This document shows positions 49,678 through 64,000 of a DNA stretch of 64,000 bases, in pieces (within the stretch, counting starts at the first letter, position 1; the number at the start of each line of letters is the position of its first letter). The notes under the pieces were generated by a model, which saw only the letters and a program-made list of their open reading frames with translations, was not told the origin of the DNA and searched no databases. A program made the position numbers and the translations under genes. Location of the stretch: assembly GCA_964016885.1 (NCBI GenBank), contig OZ024756.1, positions 14,632,001 to 14,696,000 on the forward strand, written 5' to 3'. The DNA is from Eledone cirrhosa. Taxonomy: Eukaryota.

Positions 49678-49920
49678 TATTACATATATATATATATAAA
49701 TATATTACATATATATATATAAATATATTACATATATATATATAAATATATTACATATATATATATAAATATATTACATATATATATATAAATATATTAC
49801 ATATATATATATATATGTAATATATTACATATATATATATAAATATATTACATATATATATATGTAATATATTTATGTATGTAATATATTTATATATATA
49901 TATAAGTAACATATATATAT

Positions 49921-49958
<38 letters not shown>

Positions 49959-50217
49959 TATTACATATATATATAAATATATTACATATATATATATAAA
50001 TATATTACATATAGATATATAAATATATTACATATATATATATAAATATATTACATATAGATATATAAATATATTACATATATATATAAATATATTACAT
50101 ATACATATATAAATATATTACATATATATATATAAATATATTACATATATATATATGTAATATATTTATGTATGTAAAATATTTATATATATATATATAT
50201 AAGTCATATATATATAT

Positions 50218-50255
<38 letters not shown>

Positions 50256-50295
50256 ATATATTTACGTATGTAATATATTTATATATATATATAAG

Positions 50296-50348
<53 letters not shown>

Positions 50349-50574
50349 TATTACATATATATATATTAATTTTATTAAGGCTAAATAGTGAGTGTTGTTA
50401 TTCTGGATTTTCATTTGTGTCCTCAGAGGATGGTGAATAAGTCTTGATTGATGATCCTGTGAGGAGTAAACAGGTGACATATTAGCAGATCCACTGTTCA
50501 GCTGCTAATATCAAATCTGACTGATCCGCCAATCTGCTAATATCAAATCAGGCCGATCAGTCACTGTATTTTTG

Positions 50575-50623
<49 letters not shown>

Positions 50624-50626
<3 letters not shown>

Positions 50627-50815
50627 CGAACGAAATGTGGTAAGGAACCAGGTGGACCATAACGCACCAAAGTACTCAATACTTGGGTTAGTAGAGTGGG
50701 TAATAGGAACCAGTAAGACCCCGACGGCTGAGCTCAAGCCGTTTCGACGGCTAATTCTGGACACAGAATTAGCCGTCGAAACGGCTTGAGCTCAGCCGTC
50801 GGCGTCTTACTGGTT

Positions 50816-50820
<5 letters not shown>
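50624..50820 (-). mobile_element. Family C fold-back element
   Basis: Reverse complement of 23319-23507. Confidence 0.8.
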
Positions 50821-50863
<43 letters not shown>

Positions 50864-50990
50864 TACATATAGATATACATATAGATATACATATATAGAT
50901 AGATATATATAGATATACATACATATATATATACATATATATAGATATACATACATATATATATACATATATATACATATATATAGATAC

Positions 50991-51021
<31 letters not shown>

Positions 51022-51169
51022 CATATATATACATATATATAGATACATATATATATATATTTATATATATACAAATACATATATGTAAAAGGCAAACAGA
51101 AATAACAACAAATTCAGTACAGTATATGGAAGGGATATATTAGGTTAACTCTTGATATAGCAGAAAGAG

Positions 51170-51210
51170 GGTCTTAACGTTTCGGACGTTAGTCCTTCAT
51201 CAGAACAAAG
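51170..51210 (-). ncRNA. Hammerhead core candidate
   Basis: Minus strand: CTGATGA-AGGACTAACGTCC-GAAACGTT; stem I is weak. Confidence 0.5.
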
Positions 51211-51312
51211 AATGAGAAATAAGACAGATTGAGGGGACGGGTGGGATGGAATTGGAAAAAATATCTTTAGATAAAAATAACAGGTCCATTCATGTTGAAA
51301 TCTCTTGCAAAA

Positions 51313-51371
<59 letters not shown>

Positions 51372-51483
51372 CATACACATATATATATATACATACATAC
51401 ATGTATATATACATATGTATATACGTATATACATATATATGATATACATATGTGTATACGTATATACATATATATGATATACG

Positions 51484-52093
51484 TGGTGGCTGCCAACTCG
51501 TTTTCGAGTACGGCCACTACTTTATATCCATGTAGGAGAACCCCTACCGATGCGCTGAACGAGTGTGACTTTTTAGTCCAGCCAGCGACTTGAAAACTCT
51601 GGTACAAACACTACACTTGTGACAATTATTGACACATAGTGCTGGGACCATGGTACCATGTGGCGACAAGTGCAGAGAGATCTCCAGATATAAAGCAATG
51701 CCTGTGCCGTGAAGCCCCTTATAGTGAGCAAAGGGACTGCACAAAGCCAGTCCCACTCTCTTAACCAAGATGATATTTACCAAAAAGAAGAACAAGTCAA
51801 CATCATTGGATACCATCAGGGTTGCAGGTGTTATATCAGAGTTTTCCTTCTCCTAGAATTCTGCCTTGACAAAGGATAAGGGGTCATCTCTCCAGGTGAT
51901 TTTTGATGGCCATTGACTCTTAAGAGCTCCTTTGCCCTTTGACAGGTTTTGTTTTTAGTCCTGCAGGATGTCCAAAGTCACCCTCCTCACCAAGAAACCT
52001 TGGTGGGGTTGCCAGTTTAGTCGCCAACAACCCGACCATGGGACATGTTGTACTGGGATACATGTTACCAGTAGCACCAACTGGTGACCTGAC
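51484..52093 (-). mobile_element. Family Z full-length copy
   Basis: Near-identical to 29004-29617. Confidence 0.85.
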
Positions 52094-52423
52094 ATACATA
52101 CATACATATATACATACATATATATGACATACATGCATATATATAATATATATATATTCATACATACATATATATATATATATTCATACATACATATATA
52201 TTCATACATACATATGATATATATATATATTCATACATACATATGATATATATATATATTCATACATACATATGATAATTATATATATATATATGATATA
52301 TATATATATATATACGATATATATATATATATATATACGATATATATATATATATATACGATATATATATATATATATATATACGATATATATATATATA
52401 CGATATATATATATATATATATA

Positions 52424-52459
<36 letters not shown>

Positions 52460-52464
<5 letters not shown>

Positions 52465-52512
52465 AACCAGTAAGACCCCGACAGCTGAGCTCAAGCCGTT
52501 TCGACGGCTAAT
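52460..52512 (-). mobile_element. Family C isolated inverted arm
   Basis: ATAGGAACCAGTAAGACCCCGACAGCTGAGCTCAAGCCGTTTCGACGGCTA. Confidence 0.8.
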
Positions 52513-52761
52513 ATATATATATATACCATATATATATATGATATACATATATATATATATATATTCATACATACATATGTATATCATGTATGTATGTATA
52601 TATATATATATATATATATGTATATCATGTATGTATGTATATATATATATATATATATATATAAATATTATGTATGTATGTATGTATATATATATGAATA
52701 TCATGTATGTATGTATGTATGTATATATATATATATATATATATATTCATACATATATATA

Positions 52762-52803
<42 letters not shown>

Positions 52804-52842
52804 TATACATATATATACCAATATATATATATATATACATAC

Positions 52843-52883
<41 letters not shown>

Positions 52884-52945
52884 CATACATATACATATAT
52901 ATACCTATATATATATATATACATACATACATATACATATATATA

Positions 52946-52987
<42 letters not shown>

Positions 52988-53049
52988 CATACATATACAT
53001 ATATATACCTATATATATATATATACATACATACATATACATATATATA

Positions 53050-53099
<50 letters not shown>

Positions 53100-54099
53100 C
53101 ATACATACGCACATATACACGCATACACACAAGCACACACAAGCACACACAAGCACACACATATCTTGTCGATTGTCGATGGTGATTGTGTCACGTGACG
53201 CTGAGTGAAAGTTGAAAAGGAAATAAAAGTAGTGTTTCATGGCTGTCTGTTTTTCTTCCAACTGTCAACAGATCCATAAAAGGAGAGCGAGGGACCCACC
53301 TTATCATGGAACAATCTGGGTGGTCTGGGAAAACATAATGCCACTTTTCCCTCTTCACTATTTCCGATCCTTTTAAATGTTTGAACAGTCCGAGAGTCAA
53401 TAATTTATATATTAGTGTTTCGGTCAGCTCCGTGATTTGGTTTCCGGTTCGATTCCGTGTGTTGGAACCCGAAATGTCGCAATAGTGATATTCTTACAGC
53501 TACAAATGTCATACAACCATCCAATTATTCTATGTTTTCTACATCCGAGACTTTCTTTCTTGTCAAATAAATCAATAATTGAAATAAAATACAAGTGCTG
53601 ATACAATTTTTTTTTTTTGGTTAGAATGGCGGAACAAAGAAAAGGAACAAATCATCAAATTGTATCAAGGAACAAGGTTTACATTGGTCTTTCCACTGCT
53701 GATACATTTCACCGGTAGAAACTCCCGGTAGGGGATTTACTGCTTTCACGATGACACGTGGCAAGATTTGAACTCAGAACGAACAAAATTGAAACAAATA
53801 ACGTCAAAGCATGCCGCCTGATGCTTGAACGGCCAATTCACAGGCCCTTGACTGGAACTTTATTTATAGAAACCAAAAGGATTAAATTGAAGTTGACCTC
53901 GTCAAAATGAACGTAGAAAAAAAGTGCAGTATGTTTTCAGAAACAGTTCAACGGCAGACTCCGGATATGGCCTATTATTTTGATTTCTTGTGTGTCGGTA
54001 GAGAGTTGGACAACATGCTTTGTGGCATATAGTTACATCCATTTACATTCAGAGTTCAAATCCTGTTTGGAAGATTATCACCAAAGATTTGGGCATGCG

Positions 54100-54441
54100 A
54101 AAGAACGCCGGATCACAAAACCCTGAGGATTCGGCAGTTCCTGATGGAGAAGAACATCACCGTACTGGAACAACCTCCTTATTCACCTGATCTTGCTTCC
54201 CCGAGATCAAAAGGGGCCATCAAGGAGGGCCCGATTTGAAGACGTGGAAGCTATCAAGAGGGCCATAACGAAGAAACTGAGGGGCATCTCTGAAGAATCC
54301 TTCCAGCAGTGCAAAGAAGGGTGGCAGAGAAGGATGGAAAAGTGCATTAGACTCGAAGAGGAAACCATGTAGTTTTGTTGTTTGGAATTGAAATAAATTG
54401 TTTGTGACACCAGCCCCGTTAATTTTCAGACATACCTCGTA
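54100..54441 (+). mobile_element. Mariner transposase 3' remnant with right TIR
   Basis: QPPYSPDLA motif, C-terminal W..R..KC; ends TTTTCAGACATACCTCG|TA. Confidence 0.82.
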
Positions 54442-54895
54442 TACACAGAGACACACAGACACACGCACACACACATACATATATACATATACATATATAT
54501 ACATATATACATATATATACATATATATATATACATATATATATATATACACATATATACATATATATATAAACATATATATATATATACATATATCTAT
54601 ATACATATATATATAAACATATATATATAAACATATATATATAAACATATATATATAAACATACATATAAACATATATATATATACATATATATATATAC
54701 ATATACAAACATATATATAAACATATATATATAAACATATATATATATACATATACAAACATATATATAAACATATATATATAAACATATATATATATAC
54801 ATATATATATATACATATATATATAAACATATATATATAAACATATATAAACATATATATATATAAACATATATATATATAAACATATATATATA

Positions 54896-54965
<70 letters not shown>

Positions 54966-55136
54966 AACATATATATATACATATATATATATACATATAT
55001 ATAAACATATATATATATAAACATATATATATATATAAACATATATATATATATAAACATATATATATATATAAACATATATATATATATAAACATATAT
55101 ATATATACATATATATACATATATATATATATAAAC

Positions 55137-55177
<41 letters not shown>

Positions 55178-55180
55178 CAC

Positions 55181-55211
<31 letters not shown>

Positions 55212-55385
55212 CACATATATATATACATATATATATATACATATAAACATATATATATAAACATATAAACATATATATATAAACATATATATATATATAC
55301 ATATATATATACATATATATATAAACATATATATATATACATATATATATATACATATATATATATAAACATATATATATATATA

Positions 55386-55940
55386 AACTCTGAAGCGGAG
55401 AATCATTGGGTTTCCTAGTTGGAATTTTAGTCTACGACTTCAGTTATACCATTTACGTGGTTTTGTCTTTGCGTGCAATTGTTCTCCCCGCTCCACATAT
55501 GACGTATTATCTTCGTTTTTTCCGTTCATTGCCAGAGAACGTCTCTATGCACCACCTAAGATAACATTAGTCTACGACCTCTTTTATACCATAAACGTGG
55601 TTCTGTCTTTGCGTGTAATTGTTTTTCACCGCTCCTATTAATGACGTATTATATTCGTTTTTTTCCCGTTCTTTGCCAGGGAACGTTTCCGCGAACCAAA
55701 GTATCGTCTTCCTGTCTTCCTCCGGTTGCAACGTTTTTTGAAATATTCACTTCTGCGTTCACAGATTGACTTTGTTAGTTTCAGAAGATCCCGTAAAGGG
55801 TGAAAGCAGCGATTCTTTGCTTAAACTTTAACCAGTTATTTTAATAGATATTTGCTCTACGGTTCTTATATATTTGATATATTTTTATCTTTATCGAGCC
55901 CTCTTTGGATTTTAGCCTTCAAATTTATTATTATTACTAT
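55386..55940 (+). mobile_element. Longest family B copy: ~139-bp tandem duplication, variant hammerhead (55777-55827) and tail
   Basis: 55428-55545 is similar to 55567-55690; the downstream part matches the other family B copies. Confidence 0.7.
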
Positions 55941-56456
55941 ACATATATATATATACATATATATATATACATATACATATATACATATACATATATATAT
56001 ATACATATATATATATACATATATATATATACATATACATATATATATATATATATACATACATACATATATATATATACATATACATACATATATACAT
56101 ATATATATATACATATACATACATATATACATATATATATATACATATACATACATATATACATATATATATATACATATACATACATATATACATATAT
56201 ATATATACATATACATACATATATATATATACATATACATACATATACAAATACATATACATATATACATATATTTATATATACATATGTACATATATTT
56301 ATATATACATATGTATATATACATATATTTATATATACATATGTATATATACATATATTTATATATACATATATATATATATATACACATATATACATAT
56401 ATATATATACACATATATACATATATATATATATATACACATATATATATATATAC

Positions 56457-56487
<31 letters not shown>

Positions 56488-56504
56488 TATATACATATAT
56501 ATAC

Positions 56505-56585
<81 letters not shown>

Positions 56586-56598
56586 CATATATATATAC

Positions 56599-56647
<49 letters not shown>

Positions 56648-56668
56648 CATATATACATATATATATAC

Positions 56669-56717
<49 letters not shown>

Positions 56718-56726
56718 CATATATAC

Positions 56727-56757
<31 letters not shown>

Positions 56758-56828
56758 CATATATATACATATATATATATATACATATATACATATACAT
56801 ATATATATATATATACATATATATATAC

Positions 56829-56859
<31 letters not shown>

Positions 56860-56912
56860 CATATATATACATATATATACATATATATATATATACATAT
56901 ACATATATATAC

Positions 56913-56943
<31 letters not shown>

Positions 56944-56958
56944 CATATATATATATAC

Positions 56959-57025
<67 letters not shown>

Positions 57026-57034
57026 CATATATAC

Positions 57035-57066
<32 letters not shown>

Positions 57067-57070
<4 letters not shown>

Positions 57071-57504
57071 TGTTATATTTGGGGAGGGTCATATTTGCGT
57101 AATATTGCCAGAATTAATAACAGAACACACTCACTGTTTGGTTGGTTTTCGCTTCTCGCTGTCTTTTATATATATATATCTGCGATCTAACTTACTCGGT
57201 CCTCAATGTTGCCATTGACTGACCGGCGGTCAAAAATAATACAGATACAATATAGACAAACACATATATATATAGTTTACATAAATCTTTCGTTGCACAT
57301 CTGCAACATCGTCAGTGGTGTTATATTCATTGTTCCTCCTGTTGTGTTGTATGTCTACGCCATTTTTTTTGTTCAGTCTGTCTATATATTTATTTATTTA
57401 TTTGCTTGTTTGTTTATCTTATTTTATTTTGTCTTCTTTGCGCATGCGTTTGCGTGTGTGTATAGTGTTATGTGTGATGTGTGACTAGTGTGTATAGTGT
57501 TGTG
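57067..57504 (-). repeat. Left inverted terminal repeat (438 bp)
   Basis: Reverse complement of 60323-60761; the only difference noticed is T8 vs A9. Confidence 0.95.
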
Positions 57505-57505
57505 A

Positions 57506-60239
57506 CACAGCAACAGTGACCACAGACACAGCAACAGTGACCACAGTAGTAATAACGGTAACAATACGAACAACAACAACAACAATAACCACAGTGGTAA
57601 TAATGGAAATAGTACATGTAGCAACATCAACAAAAACAAGAAACATAATAATAGTAACAACCACAATGGTAGAAATAGCAGTAACAACAACAACAATAAC
57701 GGTGAAGTAAACAACAATACATCTAGCAATCATAACAATAATAATATTAATGCTAAGGATAGAAACAACAACAACCACCATGATAACAATAATAGCAACA
57801 CACACAACTATGACGATAGAAATAACGACAACCCCTTAGAGAAACTATTTTTCAACCCAGCTGACAAAACATATAAGATGGGTAATATCTATCCTACGAG
57901 GTTACCCTTCAATAAAAGAGTTTGCATACCACAACAAATAGATGACGAGACGGAGGCACAGTTCACCATAGCTAGAAATAAGATTAGACAAGTAGTAGAC
58001 AGGTACACTATGAGACAGAGCAGACCAGAGGCCCAACAACTTGGGATAAAACCTGTAGAAGGCTTGGTTAGCCTCAAGCAGCGCACAAGGGATGGTGAGG
58101 TAGTGTGTCTACCCACAGATAAGTCTGGTAGGATGTCAATAGATAGCATGCCGAACTACATCGAGGCAATGCAACCCCACATCACCAACACGAGCGAAGT
58201 TGCACAACTAACACACGATGGGAGAGAAAAAATCCTCAACGCTCACATGATGATGTGGACTGACATCCTAAAGCCAAGCAGACGCACTGCCAACAACTTC
58301 CAGGCGTCTAACAATGGCATACCACCCTTGTATGGGCTCCGCAAAGACCACAAGACTGTCGACGACCCGACAATAGGACCACCAACAAGACCTGTATGCG
58401 GAGCTAATATAGCTAGCAACTACAGGATCTCCTACTTCCTCTCAATGGTTATACGCCCCATAATCAAGATGTCCCCAGATGTATGTGAAAGTACAGAGGA
58501 CCTCCTCAGCAGAATCAGTGAGTGCAACAAAAACAGGAGCCTATCCAACTGCATAATAGGCAGCATGGATGTGGTGTCACTGTACCCATCCATTAACATT
58601 GATTTTGCTGTGAAAAGATGTGTGGAGATGATCATTGAGAGTGAGGTGGAGTTCTGCGACGTCGACACAGACGAACTGGGCCTCCTACTTAGACTTACCT
58701 ACGACACTGACTACCTAGACAGCCATGACCTTAGATGTTTCTGCCCTAGTAGACCTATAAGAGGTAGACCCCCCCACCATAACCTCAATGGCTAAAAAGA
58801 CTCCCATAGGAAGGTGGATTGGGTGGACCAAAGCTATACGGACCCCCCAAAACACTGATCAGGTAAGAAAAATGGTCGCACATGCAATAGGGGCTAGTAT
58901 CAAAACTACCCTAAAGGGCCACATATTTAAGTTCAATGAGAAAATCTACACCCAAAATGAGGGAGCAGCCATCGGCGTCAGCATAGCTGGCGATGTTGCC
59001 AACCTTTTCATGGTATGGTGGGAAAGGAGACTTAAAGATCTCCTTAATGAAAGCTCCATAGACCTCATCATGTACTCTCGTTATGTAGACGATATCAATA
59101 TAGTTATAAGAACACCCCCACTAGAGAGCACTAACAAGTTTGATTTAGAACGTAGCACGATGGAAAGCATCCAGCAGATAGCTAATTCCATACACCAGAG
59201 TATAACTGTAACTATAGACTTCCCTTCCAAACACCCTAACAATAGACTACCTGTATTAGACACAGAACTCTGGATCAACACTATAGACGAGAGAGCCCAA
59301 ATTCTCCACTCACACTATGCTAAACCCATGGCCTCCAAATACCTGATACTCAAAAACTCAGCAATGTCCAGTAGTGCTAAGTTTAATATTCTGATCGCAG
59401 ATTTGGTACGAGTGATGAAGAATGTGTCCAGCATGTGCGACCCAACAGAAATGGAAGGACACATCCAACACTTCATCAACCGCATGCAGTTCTCTGGCTA
59501 CAACCAAAGAGACAGAGTCAGAGTATACGAAGGAGCCATGGAAAAGTATAAGACCCTCATAGAACTGGACATGAAAGGAATTTGCCCACTATACAGGAGC
59601 AAATCATGGAATAGCTTAGATAGGGCTAGACATAAGATAGGGAAGGCCACATCATGGTACGACAACCAGAGATATCAGAGTGTCATGTTTGTGGACGCCA
59701 CCCCTGGAGGGAAATTAGCTAACCAGTGTAGAAAGGCCCTGAGAAAGACCCACTTAAAAATAAAGGTGGTAGAAAAGCCAGGAACCACCATAAAATCCCT
59801 GATCAGCAAAACCTACCCTTTTAAGAAAACCCACTGTACCAATAGGAAATGTATCATATGTAAGGTGAACCCCCGGATAAACTGTAAAACTAGAAACGTA
59901 GTCTATAGCATAAGATGTACAGAGGGTACTTGCAGAAACACGACAACAACATACATAGGTGAGACAGCTCGTAGCATAGGTGAAAGGATAGACCAACACT
60001 GGGGGGAACTAAAAGGACGAAAAAACGGGTCAGTACTATATGAACATGCTAGACAACATCATGACGGTAACATAGACAACATAGAAATTAGAATAATATC
60101 TAAACATAGGAATGACCCAGCAGATAGGCAAATCAGAGAGGCCAGTGAAATAGAAATTAGAAGACCAAAGCTAAACAGAAAGAATGAGTGGAACAACAAC
60201 AACACCCAAACAAACAACACTGACCTAAGAGAAGTATAA
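57506..60239 (+). CDS. PLE polyprotein (Asn-rich region, RT, Cys-rich linker, GIY-YIG endonuclease); 5'-truncated; one +1 frameshift in C7 at 58769-58775
   Basis: PTDKSGR, LYGLRKDHK, RPVCGA, SMDVVSLYPSI, GAAIG, YSRYVDD, PVLD, CTNRKCIIC, NVVYSIRC..YIGETARSIGERIDQH, R.IREA.EI...PKLN. Confidence 0.93.
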
Positions 60240-60322
60240 ATAAATAAGTAAATTAAATTAAATAAAATAAGATAAATAAATACATACACAAGCACATAAA
60301 CACACACTAGTCACCCAGCAGA

Positions 60323-60761
60323 CACAACACTATACACACTAGTCACACATCACACATAACACTATACACACACGCAAACGCATGCGCAAAGAAGACAAAA
60401 TAAAATAAGATAAACAAACAAGCAAATAAATAAATAAATATATAGACAGACTGAACAAAAAAAAATGGCGTAGACATACAACACAACAGGAGGAACAATG
60501 AATATAACACCACTGACGATGTTGCAGATGTGCAACGAAAGATTTATGTAAACTATATATATATGTGTTTGTCTATATTGTATCTGTATTATTTTTGACC
60601 GCCGGTCAGTCAATGGCAACATTGAGGACCGAGTAAGTTAGATCGCAGATATATATATATAAAAGACAGCGAGAAGCGAAAACCAACCAAACAGTGAGTG
60701 TGTTCTGTTATTAATTCTGGCAATATTACGCAAATATGACCCTCCCCAAATATAACAATAT
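60323..60761 (+). repeat. Right terminal repeat (pLTR, 439 bp)
   Basis: Reverse complement of 57067-57504. Confidence 0.95.
60502..60558 (+). ncRNA. Hammerhead-like core in the pLTR (mirror copy 57270-57326, minus)
   Basis: CTGACGA-TGTTGCA(GATG)TGCAAC-GAAA-GATTTA; strong stem II, weak stem I. Confidence 0.6.
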
Positions 60762-60817
60762 CTGTTTCGACACACGATTTCATATAAAAAAACCTCGCAA
60801 AACTAATTCATCGCCGC

Positions 60818-60985
<168 letters not shown>

Positions 60986-61000
60986 CATATATATATATAC

Positions 61001-61063
<63 letters not shown>

Positions 61064-61609
61064 CATATATATATACATACATATATATATACATACATAT
61101 ATATATACATACATATATATATACATACATATATATATACATACATATATATATACATACATATATATATACATATATTTATATTTACATATGTATATAT
61201 ACATATATATATATATACATATGTATATATACATATATATATATATACATATATATACATATATATATATATACATATATATACATATATATACATATAT
61301 ATACATATATATACATATATATACATACATATATATATATACATATATATACATATATATATATATACATATATATACATATACATATATATATATACAT
61401 ATATACATATATATACATATATACATACATATATACATACATATATACATACATATATACATACATATATACACACATATATACATATATATATACACAC
61501 ATATATACATATATATATATACACACATATATATATACACACACTATATATATGGGGCATGAGAGTGAGATCCATCATCTCGACAGTAGTCGACGAATGA
61601 TGATGATGA

Positions 61610-61659
<50 letters not shown>

Positions 61660-61678
61660 TATGTATAAATATACCAAT

Positions 61679-61832
61679 GGCGGCGAATTGGCAGAGTCAT
61701 TAGAACGGATAGAATGCTTTATGTTATTCGTTCCGGCCCTCTGCTTTTTGAATTCAAATCCCGTCTAGGTTAACTTAGCCTTTCATCCTTTCAAGTACGA
61801 TAAAAATAAGTACCAGTAATGTACTGGGTCGA
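61679..61832 (+). mobile_element. Diverged S1-type SINE
   Basis: TTGGCAGAGTC, TTCAAATCCC, GCCTTTCATCCTT, AAGTACCAGT. Confidence 0.75.
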
Positions 61833-62212
61833 TTCTTCCATCTTTTTCCAGAAGAAATCTGCTGTACTCAGAGTTGGAGAGGGATGGGCTCCGCCAAACT
61901 TTAAATGCCCAAGAAACGCCGTATGGCAATACTGTGACCTTACGACTATCAGGAATTACGGGACCATACATACATACATAAATCTTGCATCTAATAACTG
62001 CATATACACATGTACAGATACAAAGCATATACACATGCACACATACAATAACATCCATACCTGCACACACATGCAGGCATGTAGACATAATCTACCTAGT
62101 TGATGTTGTGTAAATTCCAATGAGAGAGTCTTGTATCTATGTTAGAAACCGACTCTCTCTCTATTGGTAAAACTTTGTGAAATTATAAAACCAGAAGAAC
62201 ATACATACATAC

Positions 62213-62257
<45 letters not shown>

Positions 62258-62279
62258 CAGATGCGATATCACCCTGCTT

Positions 62280-62620
62280 CGTTGATGTCCTATCGACACC
62301 AAAGTTCAACGTTTGGGTATCACACCAAACCGGAGTACTGTGATCCTTGTGACTTCCAAATATACAACCACTGACACTGTCACGAAGACCAGGAAACCAT
62401 ACTCCATATATTGAACCAATTGATTGATTTGTGCGAACAAAATAACACCAAACACATATTGAACTAGGAATATTGGATCCTCGATCAATGTCCGGGTGAG
62501 CAAAAATTGACTTCTATCTGCATTGGAATTTACAAACTTGTGCATCTGCTGTGGTGTCAAAAACAAACGCACATGACCGCACAGATAAACAATGGACCAT
62601 GCCACGTGGCTTGAACCCGT
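62280..62620 (+). pseudogene. Possible LINE C-terminal zinc-knuckle remnant
   Basis: Manual translation gives HCHEDQETILHIL (C..ET..H pattern); interrupted by stops. Confidence 0.3.
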
Positions 62621-63320
62621 AAGTGAATTGAAGGTTCTGCAACTCTGATACACATATTGTTTATTATTTATTATTAAGATGTATAAACCAGACACAACTG
62701 TTATCATCCTATACTCTCTCAACGAATCACACTTGATCATATTTCTCTATCCTGTTTTCTCCCCTCATAATTATTATATTTTTATTATTTTTTATTATTG
62801 TTTGAAAAAAATCGTTTTTTTTACATTGTGTTTTCCCCTCCAAATATTCGCTTATATTTCCTTATATATTCTCTATATATTTTTTATCTTTATTATTATT
62901 TCCACTTTTATCCTCCTTTATATGTTACCTTATTCTTACCTTTATACCTTATTATAGTGTAATCTTCCCCATGCCTTATTATACACTATTAATTATAGAT
63001 TATTATTATTACTCTTTTTCCATTTCTAATTACCTCATGTACCTTCTCCTCCGCTATATGTATATATGTATTCTACGCCCTTTGTGTTTGTGTAGCCTCT
63101 GCGCACCCTCTGCACCATACTATCCACGCCACCCCATCTATGGTTCAGCTAACCACCCGACCCCCGAGAATGAATATGACTGCAGCTAGTAAACAAGGAC
63201 CAACACCCCACCCCCCGCACCAAAATTAGACTTATCGTCCCCTACTTTTGCTCTTTACTCTCTTTACTCTTTGTTCTTGGGTGTTTGGTTGGTAGAGTCC
63301 ATAACACCAATCAAACCCCT

Positions 63321-63380
63321 TTTATAGCTCTGATGAATCCTACGGTTACACGTAAGGAAGAAACATTGTTAGCCAATAAA
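63321..63380 (+). ncRNA. Minimal hammerhead ribozyme candidate
   Basis: GCT-CTGATGA-ATCCTACG..CGTAAGGAA-GAAA-CATTG-TT-AGC; same type as 43573-43618. Confidence 0.65.
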
Positions 63381-63664
63381 AATCTTTTGATGTTGTAGAC
63401 GCTCTTGTGTTCTTTTTCATATATACGGCTCTGCTCCAAAGCATAGAGCTAATTATTATGCTGCCAATACCTTAACGGGACACGGGTATACAATACCTAA
63501 CTCCTACTAACCTAAGTATATATATATATAGATATATGGATATATTGTGTGTTTAAAATTACGAGGGTTGATATACCACGTTGATATACCACGGATTTAA
63601 CCTGAAGCAAACGGAAAATACAGCATAAAGAGTAAAATGTACAGACCGTTTCAATAACTATTTC

Positions 63665-63742
<78 letters not shown>

Positions 63743-63755
63743 TATATATATATAT

Positions 63756-63999
<244 letters not shown>

Positions 64000-64000
64000 C

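Noticed and set aside
57067-60761. DNA transposon interpretation of the long inverted repeats
   Set aside because: The internal ORF is RT + GIY-YIG with no DDE transposase, and the asymmetric 3' extension fits a PLE.

Overview
Eukaryotic, very AT-rich intergenic or intronic window with no supportable host gene. It is probably cephalopod (Octopus-like), inferred from the SINE types, RTE content and (TA)n load. Much of it is (TA)n/(TATG)n/(CA)n/(GA)n microsatellite, so most ORFs in the track are spurious. Between the microsatellites are decayed RTE, Tx1/L1 and CR1-type LINEs, tRNA-derived SINEs, a bipartite non-autonomous RTE derivative, mariner remnants and two minisatellites (24 bp and 18 bp). 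The main theme is Penelope-like elements (PLEs). One young RT + GIY-YIG PLE (57067-60818) has a single frameshift, ~438-bp inverted repeats, a hammerhead-like core and an Asn-rich N-terminal region. Several short fold-back families have inverted arms that stop at family-specific fixed points. About a dozen hammerhead ribozyme candidates are dispersed through the window, including a repeated non-canonical CAGAAGA-core variant with covarying stem III. All calls were made by eye; no database searches were run.
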